A stretch of DNA of 64,000 bases from an uncultured virus (IMG/VR IMGVR_UViG_3300031693_000204) (taxonomy: Duplodnaviria; Heunggongvirae; Uroviricota; Caudoviricetes): IMG/VR virus record IMGVR_UViG_3300031693_000204; one strand, 5' to 3'. Each line of letters starts with the position of its first letter. Within the stretch, counting starts at the first letter, position 1. Below the pieces are notes generated by a model. That model was given only the letters and a program-made list of their open reading frames with translations. It was not told where the DNA came from and did not search any database. The position numbers were made by a program, and so were the translations under genes. Shown in pieces: positions 38,051-47,688 of the stretch.

Positions 38051-38376
38051 CTCATGTTGTGTGTAATGTTTTTCTTGACTTTACAGATAGATGTGAACAA
38101 GAAGGGTTGTGCCATGAAATGTCGTTGCCAACAGTCCCGCAGATCGGTTGGCAGATTGACAACACATTGGATGACAAAGATTTCTGCTTCTGGAAATTCA
38201 AAGTCCAAAAAATGGAACTTTCGCCAATAAGCATAACTGTTTATGCTACTCTTAATGAAGATGACAGTACCGGTCCCGGAGACATGAGAGATTTGAGTGA
38301 ACTTGGTGTGCGAGAGTTGATGAGGCGGGTGGATCTCTTTGTGAATAGTGCCAAAGAAGAAGGTTGGTCCTCATAG
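38047..38376 (+). CDS. Hypothetical protein
   Basis: AGGAG RBS; stop overlaps motif. Confidence 0.55.
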   Translation: MTHVVCNVFLDFTDRCEQEGLCHEMSLPTVPQIGWQIDNTLDDKDFCFWKFKVQKMELSPISITVYATLNEDDSTGPGDMRDLSELGVRELMRRVDLFVNSAKEEGWSS

Positions 38377-38416
38377 GACACCGGGAATCAGTTCGTCAAC
38401 CACAAAGGAGAACAAA

Positions 38417-39598
38417 ATGTCTGGCGAACTGTATCACATACCGGCAATCAACTTTGCTCGTCTCGAAAAAGAGATCGAGCGTCTCAACAAACGTGCGGCC
38501 AAACTGGAAACTGAACCAGTTGTGTTGCAGGTACATGCGGAAGAGCATGTTACACGAACAGATGAATTCTGGGACACTGAATACGAAGAGATTTATTTCG
38601 TATGCTCAGTTGAAGGTCCGGCACCTCAGATCAAAGGCTACACTCTCATTGCATCCATCGCTCCTGTTGAGGGCAGTGATAATAATGAGAATCTGGTAAG
38701 GGAAGTTCCCGGTCAGAAGTGTCCGAAGCAATTTCGCACGACAGATATGTCTTGCGATCATTGCCAAGTCAATGTGAAGCGAAAATCTGTCTTCTTATTG
38801 AAGAATGAATTCGGTGAGTATCGACAGGTGGGACGCAATTGCTTACAGGACTATCTTGGAGGGGCAAATCCAGAAGCCTTATTGAGCCGAGCAGAATACA
38901 TGTTCGCTTTTGCCAAGATCGCTCGTGATGCAGAAGAACGAGAGTGGGGCAAGAGCGTTGAGAGATGTGTTCCAATCAACCAGTTTGTGATTACATGCCA
39001 AGCTGTAATACAAAAATTGGGTTGGATTCCAAGAGCGAAAGTCGCTCCCGGAGAGTTGTCAACATCAGACATCGCTTGGTCCATTTGCACCGACCCCAGA
39101 GCGAATAGAGACTTCGCTCGTGAAAAAGAGTTGAAGGTCACTCCCGAATCTCATGCACTTGCGGAGGACGCAGTTAAGTGGGCATCTGAAATAAAAGATG
39201 CGGACAGCAATTATCTGCATGACTTAGGAGTGTGTTGCCGACAACAATATGTTACAAAGGACAGAGCCGGTTATGTTGGTTCGGTGCTGCAAGCACATCA
39301 GAACAGCCTCAATCAACAAGTCGATGAGTCGAACAGTTCTCACTTCGGAGTCGAAGGACAAAAATCTGTACTTGAGTTGACGGTAACGGGAATCAGAAAC
39401 CTTGAAGCAGGTAAATTTGGACCACAAAAGCTGATCCAGTTCCTTGACCAGAGCGGCAACGTGTTCAACTGGTTCACGGGAAGTTCGCCCAAGTGGGTTC
39501 AGATCGGCGGAACGGTCACGGTGAATGCCACCATCAAGAAGCATGATGAATACAAGGGAGTAAAGCAGACGATCTTGAAACTGGTCAAACCGATCTAA
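38417..39598 (+). CDS. Hypothetical phage protein with Zn motif and C-terminal OB-like fold
   Basis: CDHC...QVGRNC; ATIKKHDEYKGVKQT. Confidence 0.7.
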   Translation: MSGELYHIPAINFARLEKEIERLNKRAAKLETEPVVLQVHAEEHVTRTDEFWDTEYEEIYFVCSVEGPAPQIKGYTLIASIAPVEGSDNNENLVREVPGQKCPKQFRTTDMSCDHCQVNVKRKSVFLLKNEFGEYRQVGRNCLQDYLGGANPEALLSRAEYMFAFAKIARDAEEREWGKSVERCVPINQFVITCQAVIQKLGWIPRAKVAPGELSTSDIAWSICTDPRANRDFAREKELKVTPESHALAEDAVKWASEIKDADSNYLHDLGVCCRQQYVTKDRAGYVGSVLQAHQNSLNQQVDESNSSHFGVEGQKSVLELTVTGIRNLEAGKFGPQKLIQFLDQSGNVFNWFTGSSPKWVQIGGTVTVNATIKKHDEYKGVKQTILKLVKPI

Positions 39599-39651
39599 TC
39601 GGACACCGGGAAGAGATGCAGACAAACAACCACATTCAAAAGGAGAGAATC

Positions 39652-39876
39652 ATGTCCGAAGAAAAAATTTTGCCGGTCCAGCCAGTGGAGCTTCTGTCGG
39701 TAACACCGGGAAGACTCGCTGAAGATGGCATCAAGGTCGTGGCGGTTACAATTCGTCCAGACCCATCAAACAGCCCTCGTAATCGCACCTTTGCTTTCTC
39801 GAAAGAGCAAGCAGAGCGATTGCGAGATGACCTCAACACTGTGTTGAATGCTGATAACGTCACATGGCGTGACTAA
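39652..39876 (+). CDS. Small hypothetical protein
   Basis: AGGAG RBS. Confidence 0.55.
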   Translation: MSEEKILPVQPVELLSVTPGRLAEDGIKVVAVTIRPDPSNSPRNRTFAFSKEQAERLRDDLNTVLNADNVTWRD

Positions 39877-39905
39877 TAAACCCTAGATTCCAAGGAAGGG
39901 ATTCT

Positions 39906-40115
39906 ATGACTGAAGAAAGAGTGACTGTAGAAATTTTGATTTCTGGTAAAGATCGGAAGATTTCCGTTACCGGAACAGACAGAGACATTTTCGCAGTGGT
40001 GCGAGGATTAAAAGAGGATCATCACGAACCGACGATCCGCTATCACGATGAAGAAATGGGCGAGCCTACTTGTTGGCAACCCACATCAATTGAACCAGAA
40101 AGGAAAGCGGCATGA
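39906..40115 (+). CDS. Small hypothetical protein
   Basis: 69 aa ORF ending ERKAA. Confidence 0.5.
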   Translation: MTEERVTVEILISGKDRKISVTGTDRDIFAVVRGLKEDHHEPTIRYHDEEMGEPTCWQPTSIEPERKAA

Positions 40116-40331
40116 AACGGAAAGCATTTACGCTAATTGAACTGTTGGTCTGTGGCCATTGTTGTCATTGTGGCGGTAATGATATTCGGAGGCATCAAAG
40201 GCTGCGGATCAACAGGCCCAGATGGGAAAGGGTTTTATGATTCGGATAACACTGCTGTTTTCCGATGCGTCAAGACCTACACCGTACAGGATTCAGAGAG
40301 CAGTTCAAGCAAGCGAGTCGATCTGAAATAA
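40112..40331 (+). pseudogene. Frameshifted prepilin-type N-terminal cleavage/methylation protein
   Basis: MKRKAFTLIELLV, then a frame change to VAIVVIVAVMIFGGIKGCG. Confidence 0.6.
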
Positions 40332-40606
40332 TGACCGTCTATTTCGTCACGAGGCCACTGGGGCCACCTGTAATCAATCTAATGAAGGAGCGAAAATGCC
40401 TATTACCAACCTAGAGGCTCGGACTATCAAGGATATTGTCAACTCTTACCTTACAGAAGAAGACGCTAAAGAGATGTTTGATGAATTGATTAAAGATGTT
40501 GCTGATATTACTGATAACGATTCAGTAAAACAATCCCTTCTGATGTTGGGTGAGTTGTATCACTCTTACTAACCTGCTCTACATTTAACAACCACAGGAG
40601 AGAAAC

Positions 40607-40873
40607 ATGAAAACTTCAATCGTATACGCCACTGTAAAGTGCGTCGTTAGTCACGAAGACGATCAAGATCCCGAAGACGTGTTGTGCGAAGCTGACTACA
40701 GCATCGTCATCGAGCCAGACGAAGGCAAGCAAACTCCAAAAATTGTGTCAACGGAAATGACCGAAACGGAAAACAAGGGCGAGTGTCATCCGACAGAACA
40801 TTATCTGCTCGAAGAACAACGCCGGGATGAAAAGAACGGATTGCATCCGCAACACGCTGATCCTGCCAACTAA
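40607..40873 (+). CDS. Hypothetical protein
   Basis: AGGAG RBS; stop abuts motif. Confidence 0.6.
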   Translation: MKTSIVYATVKCVVSHEDDQDPEDVLCEADYSIVIEPDEGKQTPKIVSTEMTETENKGECHPTEHYLLEEQRRDEKNGLHPQHADPAN

Positions 40874-40922
40874 TCGGACACCGGGAAGACCAGCGTAACA
40901 ACAACCACACGGAGAACAACAC

Positions 40923-41177
40923 ATGAGTCTTGCATGGGAAGTCACAAACGAAGATGTCGGCAATGTGTTGGACTCTCACGGCGTGGAGTTCAAGACGTAT
41001 GGAGAGATCGAGGAGTTGCTCGACGACACAATTGATACAGACGCCATCGAAAAGGGCGTTCTCACTTACACAGACATGGACGATCAAACGGCATCCATGC
41101 TTTCAGACATCGAAGATCATTTGATGAAAGCCGATGTGATCCCGAAGGGCGAAAAGAAATTTTCCAACCCAGAATAG
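40923..41177 (+). CDS. Hypothetical acidic protein
   Basis: GGAG RBS after motif. Confidence 0.6.
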   Translation: MSLAWEVTNEDVGNVLDSHGVEFKTYGEIEELLDDTIDTDAIEKGVLTYTDMDDQTASMLSDIEDHLMKADVIPKGEKKFSNPE

Positions 41178-41186
41178 GAAAATAAC

Positions 41187-41777
41187 ATGATGTTCCAAGA
41201 CGAAAATGTCAAGTATGAAGAGTTGGGAAAAGATCGGCGTTACCGATATTTCAACTTCGGAATGCTGCACGGAAAGGGTCTGGGCCGTATTTTCAACTTC
41301 ATGCGATACAACATTGCATTTCTGGCTCGCCATTCTGACTTGGAGCTTCTTCGTGAAGCGGCTCAGGATTATCGAGACTGGATGCAACGACCATACAGCA
41401 TTCTGTTGTGCAAATATGATTGGGCTGGGAAAACCAAGGCCAGTTGGTACGATGAGATTTGCCATTCGGATCAGAGTTTCGACCCAATCACTTCGGTCGG
41501 CGACTTGTATGATCTGAATTCAGACAACACTTCGTTGAAGCCAGCTTCTCCGTTGAAGTCGAAGACAGAAGCGACAGCAAAAGGCACGCTGCGGTGGATA
41601 CTGCAAGCGATGTACGACAATCAGGCAATGCCATATCAGGAAACAGATGCCTGTAAGATGGAACATGCCATGTCGCTTGCGGCACAAGGAATTAACGATC
41701 CCATCGAAGTTGTACTGGCTAATTACAAAATTTCCAAGACAGAATGGACTTGGCATCCGGTGCCGAAACAGGTATGA
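41187..41777 (+). CDS. Hypothetical protein
   Basis: 196 aa ORF. Confidence 0.6.
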   Translation: MMFQDENVKYEELGKDRRYRYFNFGMLHGKGLGRIFNFMRYNIAFLARHSDLELLREAAQDYRDWMQRPYSILLCKYDWAGKTKASWYDEICHSDQSFDPITSVGDLYDLNSDNTSLKPASPLKSKTEATAKGTLRWILQAMYDNQAMPYQETDACKMEHAMSLAAQGINDPIEVVLANYKISKTEWTWHPVPKQV

Positions 41778-41787
41778 TTCCCGGTGC

Positions 41788-41904
41788 GCCCGGTGCAGTA
41801 AGATTGACAGGACTTCTCAAAAAAGTGGGCCTCTTGCCCCTCTCCAGAATCCTGTCCTCGTGTTGTCCAACACGGGTACGTGGTTGTTGCTTACTGCATC
41901 GGGC
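41788..41904. ncRNA. Candidate structured RNA
   Basis: 15-bp closing stem GCCCGGTGCAGTAAG/CTTACTGCATCGGGC enclosing GACAGGA/TCCTGTC, GGGC/GCCC and CGTGTTG/CAACACG stems. Confidence 0.45.
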
Positions 41905-41937
41905 CATCTTTTTATACCGGACACCGGGAAGAGAAAC

Positions 41938-42240
41938 ATGACAAAAACAAAACCACCAATCGTAATTCGTTATCTCGAAAACTTCATCGTTGTGAGAAAC
42001 GAATCGACTACCGTTTCCATTACAAACGGCTTTGGCACACGTTCGCCGGGTCAAGATGAAATGGGATACGGTCGCAAGATAACAACGGACATGATGGTCC
42101 AGATGAAAGACACTAAAAAGAAATATCGTGTGTATTGCACATGTTTTTCCAACAGTGGCTCCTTGTGGATCACGATGAAAAAGCAGACGTGGCATTTAGG
42201 AACTGTATTTCAGGAAGAAGTACAAGAACAATTTTTGTAA
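41938..42240 (+). CDS. Hypothetical protein
   Basis: ORF after motif; GYGRKITT...YRVYCTCFSNSGSLW. Confidence 0.6.
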   Translation: MTKTKPPIVIRYLENFIVVRNESTTVSITNGFGTRSPGQDEMGYGRKITTDMMVQMKDTKKKYRVYCTCFSNSGSLWITMKKQTWHLGTVFQEEVQEQFL

Positions 42241-42249
42241 AGGAAGACA

Positions 42250-42573
42250 ATGAGCATTCCAGAAGAGATAGCGGTAGAGAAAGAAACAATCGCCTTCCTA
42301 CAAAGGAAGATTGCCATTTCCGTAACAATAATGTTGGGAGCAGGCGTGTTTTTGTTCTTGGGGGGCATGGTCAACCAATGGTTCTTTGTGCTATCATCAA
42401 TTTGCGCATTCATCCATTTGGCAACGGCTCGCCATTGGTCTGAATCATCGGAATCAATAAAGCACGCCAGAGGAAGATTGGCTATCCTCGAATATGAACA
42501 AAGGATGCCAGAAGAGGCAAGACAACCACTTGAAATGATTGAGAAGTCCAAGAATTGGACACCGGGAAGCTGA
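42250..42573 (+). CDS. Small membrane protein
   Basis: Two hydrophobic segments; motif inside its 3' end. Confidence 0.55.
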   Translation: MSIPEEIAVEKETIAFLQRKIAISVTIMLGAGVFLFLGGMVNQWFFVLSSICAFIHLATARHWSESSESIKHARGRLAILEYEQRMPEEARQPLEMIEKSKNWTPGS

Positions 42574-42607
42574 TTGTAAGTAACAACAACCACATTTGGA
42601 GAAGTAA

Positions 42608-42796
42608 ATGCCGAAGAAATTTGATCTGGATTGTCTTGAAAAATTTGTCGTCAAGACAAGGTATGTCGGCGTAGAAGCCGACACAAAAGAAGAGGCAGAA
42701 GCCTTGGTTAAGGCTGGCAAAGTTGGCTACGACCAAAAAGAAATTCAAGAGGGTGATGAAGAGTTCATTGAAGTTATCGGCGTCGAGGAATCGTAA
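42608..42796 (+). CDS. Small hypothetical protein
   Basis: VEADTKEEAE; bounded by motif copies. Confidence 0.6.
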   Translation: MPKKFDLDCLEKFVVKTRYVGVEADTKEEAEALVKAGKVGYDQKEIQEGDEEFIEVIGVEES

Positions 42797-42852
42797 CCGG
42801 ACACCGGGAAAGCAGGTGTAACAACCAACCATGTTTTAACGAAAGCGAACGA

Positions 42853-44043
42853 ATGGCAACCAAAAAAATTGTAGTCGAAAGGCGTGTGAAGAAAACACTG
42901 AAACCGGCAACTGTCAAAGAGCAGTTGCAGAAGTGTGCTTCGCAATCAGTCAAATCAGGTCGTGGCAGCGGTTGGACTTTTGAAATTCCAGCCCGAATCG
43001 TTGCTCCCAAAAAAGATGAAATCAGCGGTGAGTTGGTTTACTCTTGCATCGTGAAATTTACCACGACGACCAAAAGACAATCCGTGCAAGACAAGTGGCC
43101 GTCAATCTGCCAGCGTTTTGCAGAGTCGGCTTGTGCCGGTCCTTTTCGGTCTTCGCCGTGGAAAGTAATTGTTCCAAGCGGATTCACTGCTGTTGCAGCG
43201 GCGGCTACTGTAGCCCATGAAAAGGCTGAGACCACCAAAGCAAAAGCCGAAGAACCAAAAGAACTTGGTACGGTCAATTTGAAACCGGGCAACAACTTCA
43301 ATCACATCTATGGTCGTCGAGCGCAAATCAATCGCATCCTAGCTGCGTTGCGGCTTGCTCAACGAACGGATTGGAGAAAACGAACACACTCTGTTCTCGA
43401 TGGAGAGCCGGGTTGCGGCAAGACAGAGATCATGCTGTCTGCATCCAAGATGCTCGGTGAAGAGGGTAAAGCATGGCAGTGGTTTGATGCCACGTCCATG
43501 ACTAAAGCTGGTGCATTGGAACAGCTTATCGAAGCATCCGTTGTTCCGCCAGTGCTGTTCATAGAAGAAATCGAGAAGTGTGACGAACAAGCCTTGCGTT
43601 GGCTTCTCGGAGTGATGGATGTTCGTGGCATGATTCGACGTACCAACTATCGAGTTGGGAATCAAGCGAAGAACGTCCGCATGGTCGTGATCGCTACTGC
43701 GAATGATGTGAAGTTGCTCAAGACGATGATGTCTGGTGCTCTTTACAGTCGCTTTGCGAACAAGATTTACTGCCCTCGTCCTGATCGCAATATCATGGAA
43801 AAGGTTCTCATGCGAGAGATCGAGGACATTGGTGGTAAGGAAGAATGGGTTCAAAAGACGCTGGAGTTTGGTTTCGATAAGTGGGGGATGACTGATCCCC
43901 GTGACCTTATCACAATCTGCTCTTGCGGTGGTGATGACTTGCTGGATGGTAAATTCCAGAAAGATTACGAAGCTACTATGCACCCGATTGAACGCAAGGA
44001 ACGTGAAGCAGAAGTCAATAAGAGAAAGATGAAAGAAGAGTAA
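42853..44043 (+). CDS. AAA+ ATPase (RuvB-like core)
   Basis: GEPGCGKT, LFIEEIEK, IATAND, ALYSRF. Confidence 0.75.
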   Translation: MATKKIVVERRVKKTLKPATVKEQLQKCASQSVKSGRGSGWTFEIPARIVAPKKDEISGELVYSCIVKFTTTTKRQSVQDKWPSICQRFAESACAGPFRSSPWKVIVPSGFTAVAAAATVAHEKAETTKAKAEEPKELGTVNLKPGNNFNHIYGRRAQINRILAALRLAQRTDWRKRTHSVLDGEPGCGKTEIMLSASKMLGEEGKAWQWFDATSMTKAGALEQLIEASVVPPVLFIEEIEKCDEQALRWLLGVMDVRGMIRRTNYRVGNQAKNVRMVVIATANDVKLLKTMMSGALYSRFANKIYCPRPDRNIMEKVLMREIEDIGGKEEWVQKTLEFGFDKWGMTDPRDLITICSCGGDDLLDGKFQKDYEATMHPIERKEREAEVNKRKMKEE

Positions 44044-44060
44044 GGGTTGGTTGCCCGTTT

Positions 44061-44100
44061 AGCACGGTGTGAGTGTCGTTCCTCACACCGTGCTGTTTTT
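44061..44100 (+). terminator. Intrinsic terminator directly followed by motif
   Basis: AGCACGGTGTGAG/CTCACACCGTGCT plus T-run. Confidence 0.8.
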
Positions 44101-44191
44101 AATCGGACACCGGGAAGACAAACATAAGAGAAGCTGTTAGAGTGTAGCAAGTGCGCAGAAGCAAAAACAAAATCTTCTAAGGAATAGTCAA

Positions 44192-45259
44192 ATGGCAACG
44201 GCAACAAGGACGAAGAAGCGTAGTACATCGAAAGATGTAAATTTTTGTGGAATCCTAATTCCCAAGGGAACGCCTTTCCCCCATCAAGGTAAGCCGACTG
44301 CGCCGCCGAAGTCGGAAAAGGGCGGGGTGTTTGTCACATTGGCAGAAGTCTTGAATTGGTTTATGCAAGACCCAAAATGCGCCAGCATCGTTCAACCGTA
44401 TTACGCCAACCGTGGCGTTGTGTCCGATAGTAAGTTTGGCTTCAATTCCAATACAACAAAGTCTTGTGAGGAAGACGGTTACAATCGAGACTATAACAGC
44501 AAGCTGGGTGTTGCTATGTACGACGGCGTGCTTACCATGACTGGATGGCATTCAAGAGGTCGTGGATTTGTTCAGCGATTTCTGAATGGCAAAATGACGA
44601 AGCGTGATTTGGAATCAAGAGTTCCAGTCGTATATCACGCAGACTTCTTATCTGCATACGTTGGGGAAGGTGCAAAGGGAATTTCTCATACATCCAAGAT
44701 GCAGACGTGTAATCCAGATTTTGCTTACGGGCATTGTCTGGAACATCTGAAAACCATTCTTGGGAATGTTTCATCTGAAAAGATGCTTCACACACGGTTC
44801 TCGACTTCTCTCAAGGCACTCTTTTACACGATGCACAAAGAGACTGAAGGCGAAGATCAAGATTGGACAGACTGGGCCAAAATTTACACACAACGTGGTG
44901 CGGCGGGTAAAAACTTCGATGATGAATTGGCAGGCGTCTTGAATATAACCGACGAGCAGTACGGAAAACTGGCATCGGCTGTTGAATTCTGGTACTCGTT
45001 AGCCAACGAGCTAGATAAGCACTCCAAGATAAAAGCAATCAGGGCGATTTGTCGTTCTGGAGGGTTCTTCGGATATGTGGTCGTCGATCAATACGGAGAA
45101 CGGAATCAGCTTTTCAAAACTCATTCTACCACCGTCCGAAACATAGTTGCTGCGGTGAGTGAAGTGGAGGCAACAGTCCCATATCTCCAACGTGGCAAGC
45201 ACTACGAAATCCGTAATGGAGTGACATCTTTGGATAAAATTGTAAGGCGAAGGAAATAA
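44192..45259 (+). CDS. Hypothetical protein
   Basis: 355 aa ORF with AGGA RBS. Confidence 0.7.
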   Translation: MATATRTKKRSTSKDVNFCGILIPKGTPFPHQGKPTAPPKSEKGGVFVTLAEVLNWFMQDPKCASIVQPYYANRGVVSDSKFGFNSNTTKSCEEDGYNRDYNSKLGVAMYDGVLTMTGWHSRGRGFVQRFLNGKMTKRDLESRVPVVYHADFLSAYVGEGAKGISHTSKMQTCNPDFAYGHCLEHLKTILGNVSSEKMLHTRFSTSLKALFYTMHKETEGEDQDWTDWAKIYTQRGAAGKNFDDELAGVLNITDEQYGKLASAVEFWYSLANELDKHSKIKAIRAICRSGGFFGYVVVDQYGERNQLFKTHSTTVRNIVAAVSEVEATVPYLQRGKHYEIRNGVTSLDKIVRRRK

Positions 45260-45280
45260 CAGCGCACGGTGAGTGTTGTA

Positions 45281-45322
45281 AAGCACGGCGTGAGTGGTCG
45301 CTCCTCACGCCGTGCTTTTTTT
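45281..45322 (+). terminator. Intrinsic terminator (similar to 44061) followed by motif
   Basis: AAGCACGGCGTGAG/CTCACGCCGTGCTT plus T-run. Confidence 0.8.
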
Positions 45323-45378
45323 GTAATCGGACACCGGGAAGAGAAGTGTAACAACCACATACAATTTTGGAGAGAACG

Positions 45379-46872
45379 ATGGCTGCTCGCTTTTGCAACA
45401 TTACAGAGTCGGAAATGGACGCCTTTATGAAAGAGCGTAATTTCCGTCGCATGACAATCCCCGGCACTATTGAGTTGGTGTACGGCAAGATCGTGAACAT
45501 CGGCGAGAAGCGACTTTCGCTCAGAGTGTACTCAGCGATCAATCCGACCGGAGAGTCACGGGCAAAGGGCAAGGATGCGATCCGAGTCCAATTGTACTAC
45601 ATGTACAACGAAAAGCCATGTCCTATTGGAAAATCTCAGAAGTGTCTTCGTGTTGAGAATTGGAAAGCGAATCTTTCCAAGGCCATCGACAAGCACGCCG
45701 AGAACTTTGAAATCTGCCCCCGCTGTGGTCATCCGATGGTCGAGCGTGAAAATACTCGGACCAAAGAGAAGTTCTGGGGATGTGTAACATACCGGCAAAC
45801 CAAATGCAACGGCAAGCCGGTTGTTGCGTCCAACAACGAGAACACTCGCTCTGTTGTTGCTGCGTCAAAGCCTACTTCCCGGAGTCCGTATCGGATTCCA
45901 GATGACATCATTACCAGTTACCAGAAAGAAGTTGAAAGACTATTCTTGGAAACTGAGAATCACATTATGATTGGTGCGCTGGCGGGAAGTGGCAAGACTG
46001 CGGAATGCACTCACTTGTCATCCAACCGAGTTGCGAATCAACTGTGGCAATACATCGTGTTCGCTAAAAAGAACGCCATCGAGGGACGAAGTAAATTCCC
46101 CCGTGGGATTCCAGTTCAGACGCAACATGCGTTCGATTCCAAATGGATTCGTAAATGCCTTCCGGCTATGCCGAGAGACATGACCGGCAACAAAAGTTAT
46201 CGCTTGATGAATGATGTGTACCCTCACATGAGCAACGATAACCGGAAACGAATCCGTCGAGCCGTGACCAAACTGGTTGGCTTTGCGAAGTCATACGCTT
46301 GCCGTCCCGGTGATCTTGAAGCGATTGCCGCAACGATGACGAAGTACGATTTCGAGTTGGAGTCTCAAGGCGAGTACGATACCGTGGTCGAAGTGACCAG
46401 CGAAGTTCTGGAAAAGTCGTTGCCGCAAAACTGTGGTCACGAATACAACTTCGATGATCTACTTTGGTGGCCTGTTGTGCTGGACCTTGAAGTGCCGAAG
46501 CTGCACACTGTTCTAGCAGACGAATGCCAAGACTTCAACTGGTGTCAGCATGATCGGCTCAAGAGATTGGCCGATGCAGGTGCAAGGATCGTTGCTGTTG
46601 GCGACAGGAATCAAGCGGTGTTCCGATTCCGAGGTGCTGACAATGATTCCTTTGATCGGATCAAAGAGATTCTGGGATCAACGGAACGTGGATGTGTTGA
46701 AGCAGAGTTGCCGGAAAACTTCCGCTGCGGAAGTGAACACATCGAGTACGTTCGACAGCACACTTGCGTAAAGAACATCGTTGCTCATAAAGGTGCGGCT
46801 AAGGGAAAGGTCATCACCGACATGGGATACGAAGAAATCATGGACATGGTTGTGGAGGAACTTAAAGCGTAA
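45379..46872 (+). CDS. UvrD/Rep-like SF1 helicase, N-terminal part, with topoisomerase-type Zn finger
   Basis: CPRCG...FWGC..Y..C; ALAGSGKT; DECQD; VGDRNQAVFRFRGA; LPENFRC. Confidence 0.8.
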   Translation: MAARFCNITESEMDAFMKERNFRRMTIPGTIELVYGKIVNIGEKRLSLRVYSAINPTGESRAKGKDAIRVQLYYMYNEKPCPIGKSQKCLRVENWKANLSKAIDKHAENFEICPRCGHPMVERENTRTKEKFWGCVTYRQTKCNGKPVVASNNENTRSVVAASKPTSRSPYRIPDDIITSYQKEVERLFLETENHIMIGALAGSGKTAECTHLSSNRVANQLWQYIVFAKKNAIEGRSKFPRGIPVQTQHAFDSKWIRKCLPAMPRDMTGNKSYRLMNDVYPHMSNDNRKRIRRAVTKLVGFAKSYACRPGDLEAIAATMTKYDFELESQGEYDTVVEVTSEVLEKSLPQNCGHEYNFDDLLWWPVVLDLEVPKLHTVLADECQDFNWCQHDRLKRLADAGARIVAVGDRNQAVFRFRGADNDSFDRIKEILGSTERGCVEAELPENFRCGSEHIEYVRQHTCVKNIVAHKGAAKGKVITDMGYEEIMDMVVEELKA

Positions 46873-46915
46873 CCGGACACCGGGAATGCGAGTATAACAA
46901 CCACAACTGGAGGTA

Positions 46916-47512
46916 ATGATGAAAACAGCAATCCTGTGTAGGACTAATGCACCACTTGTGAAGTGTGCGTTCTCGCTGGTCAAGCGTGGCTGCAAAGTCC
47001 GCTTGGCCGGTCGTGATGTGGCGAAGAAGTTGGAAAGTCTGATTGGCGATGTGCTGGACTCACTCACCAATTGCCCTATTGCCGAGTTCTTGAATCTGCT
47101 TGATGCACTAATCGAAAATTTGCATCACCGCTTTCGAGAGCGTGAGGATATGGAAGCATTCGTTTCTGAACAATGCGACCTTGCAGAATGTCTGCGAACA
47201 ATGGCAAACAATTGCGACGACGCCAAGTGTTTGTACCAGACGATCAACACCTATTTTGTTAGCTCCGATGATGTTGACAATCTTGGTGATGATGTTGTTG
47301 TACTGGCAAGTGGGCATCGTTCAAAGGGTCTTCAGTGGCCCAGAGTTATCGTTATTCGGCCAGACCTTTGCCCACATCCGGGTGCGCAAAGAGAAGAGGA
47401 CTTGGCTCAAGAGGAACATCTTTGGTATGTTATGCTGACTCGTGTTGAGGGTCAAGACAAAGATGGTCGAGACGGCGAGTTGATTATCTGTGCCGATGGG
47501 AATCCAGCATAG
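46916..47512 (+). CDS. UvrD/Rep-like SF1 helicase, C-terminal part
   Basis: AILCRTNAPL, SGHRSKGLQW, EEHLWYVMLTR; own GGAGG RBS. Confidence 0.8.
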   Translation: MMKTAILCRTNAPLVKCAFSLVKRGCKVRLAGRDVAKKLESLIGDVLDSLTNCPIAEFLNLLDALIENLHHRFREREDMEAFVSEQCDLAECLRTMANNCDDAKCLYQTINTYFVSSDDVDNLGDDVVVLASGHRSKGLQWPRVIVIRPDLCPHPGAQREEDLAQEEHLWYVMLTRVEGQDKDGRDGELIICADGNPA

Positions 47513-47688
47513 GACACCGGGAAATGGGTTGTAAACACAACTACAAAGTTGACCAGTATGGTCCTTCGCCAAAGTCTGGCAAGGACGTTCCGCAACTTCG
47601 CAAGTGCGAGAAGTGCGGGAAGCGACAATACAAGGTCTGGAAATTCAACCCGGCAACCAATCAATATCAGAATCATTGGAGATCGTAA

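Noticed and set aside
41779..41787. Partial reverse-strand motif TTCCCGGTG
   Set aside because: Only a 9-nt match, compatible with chance
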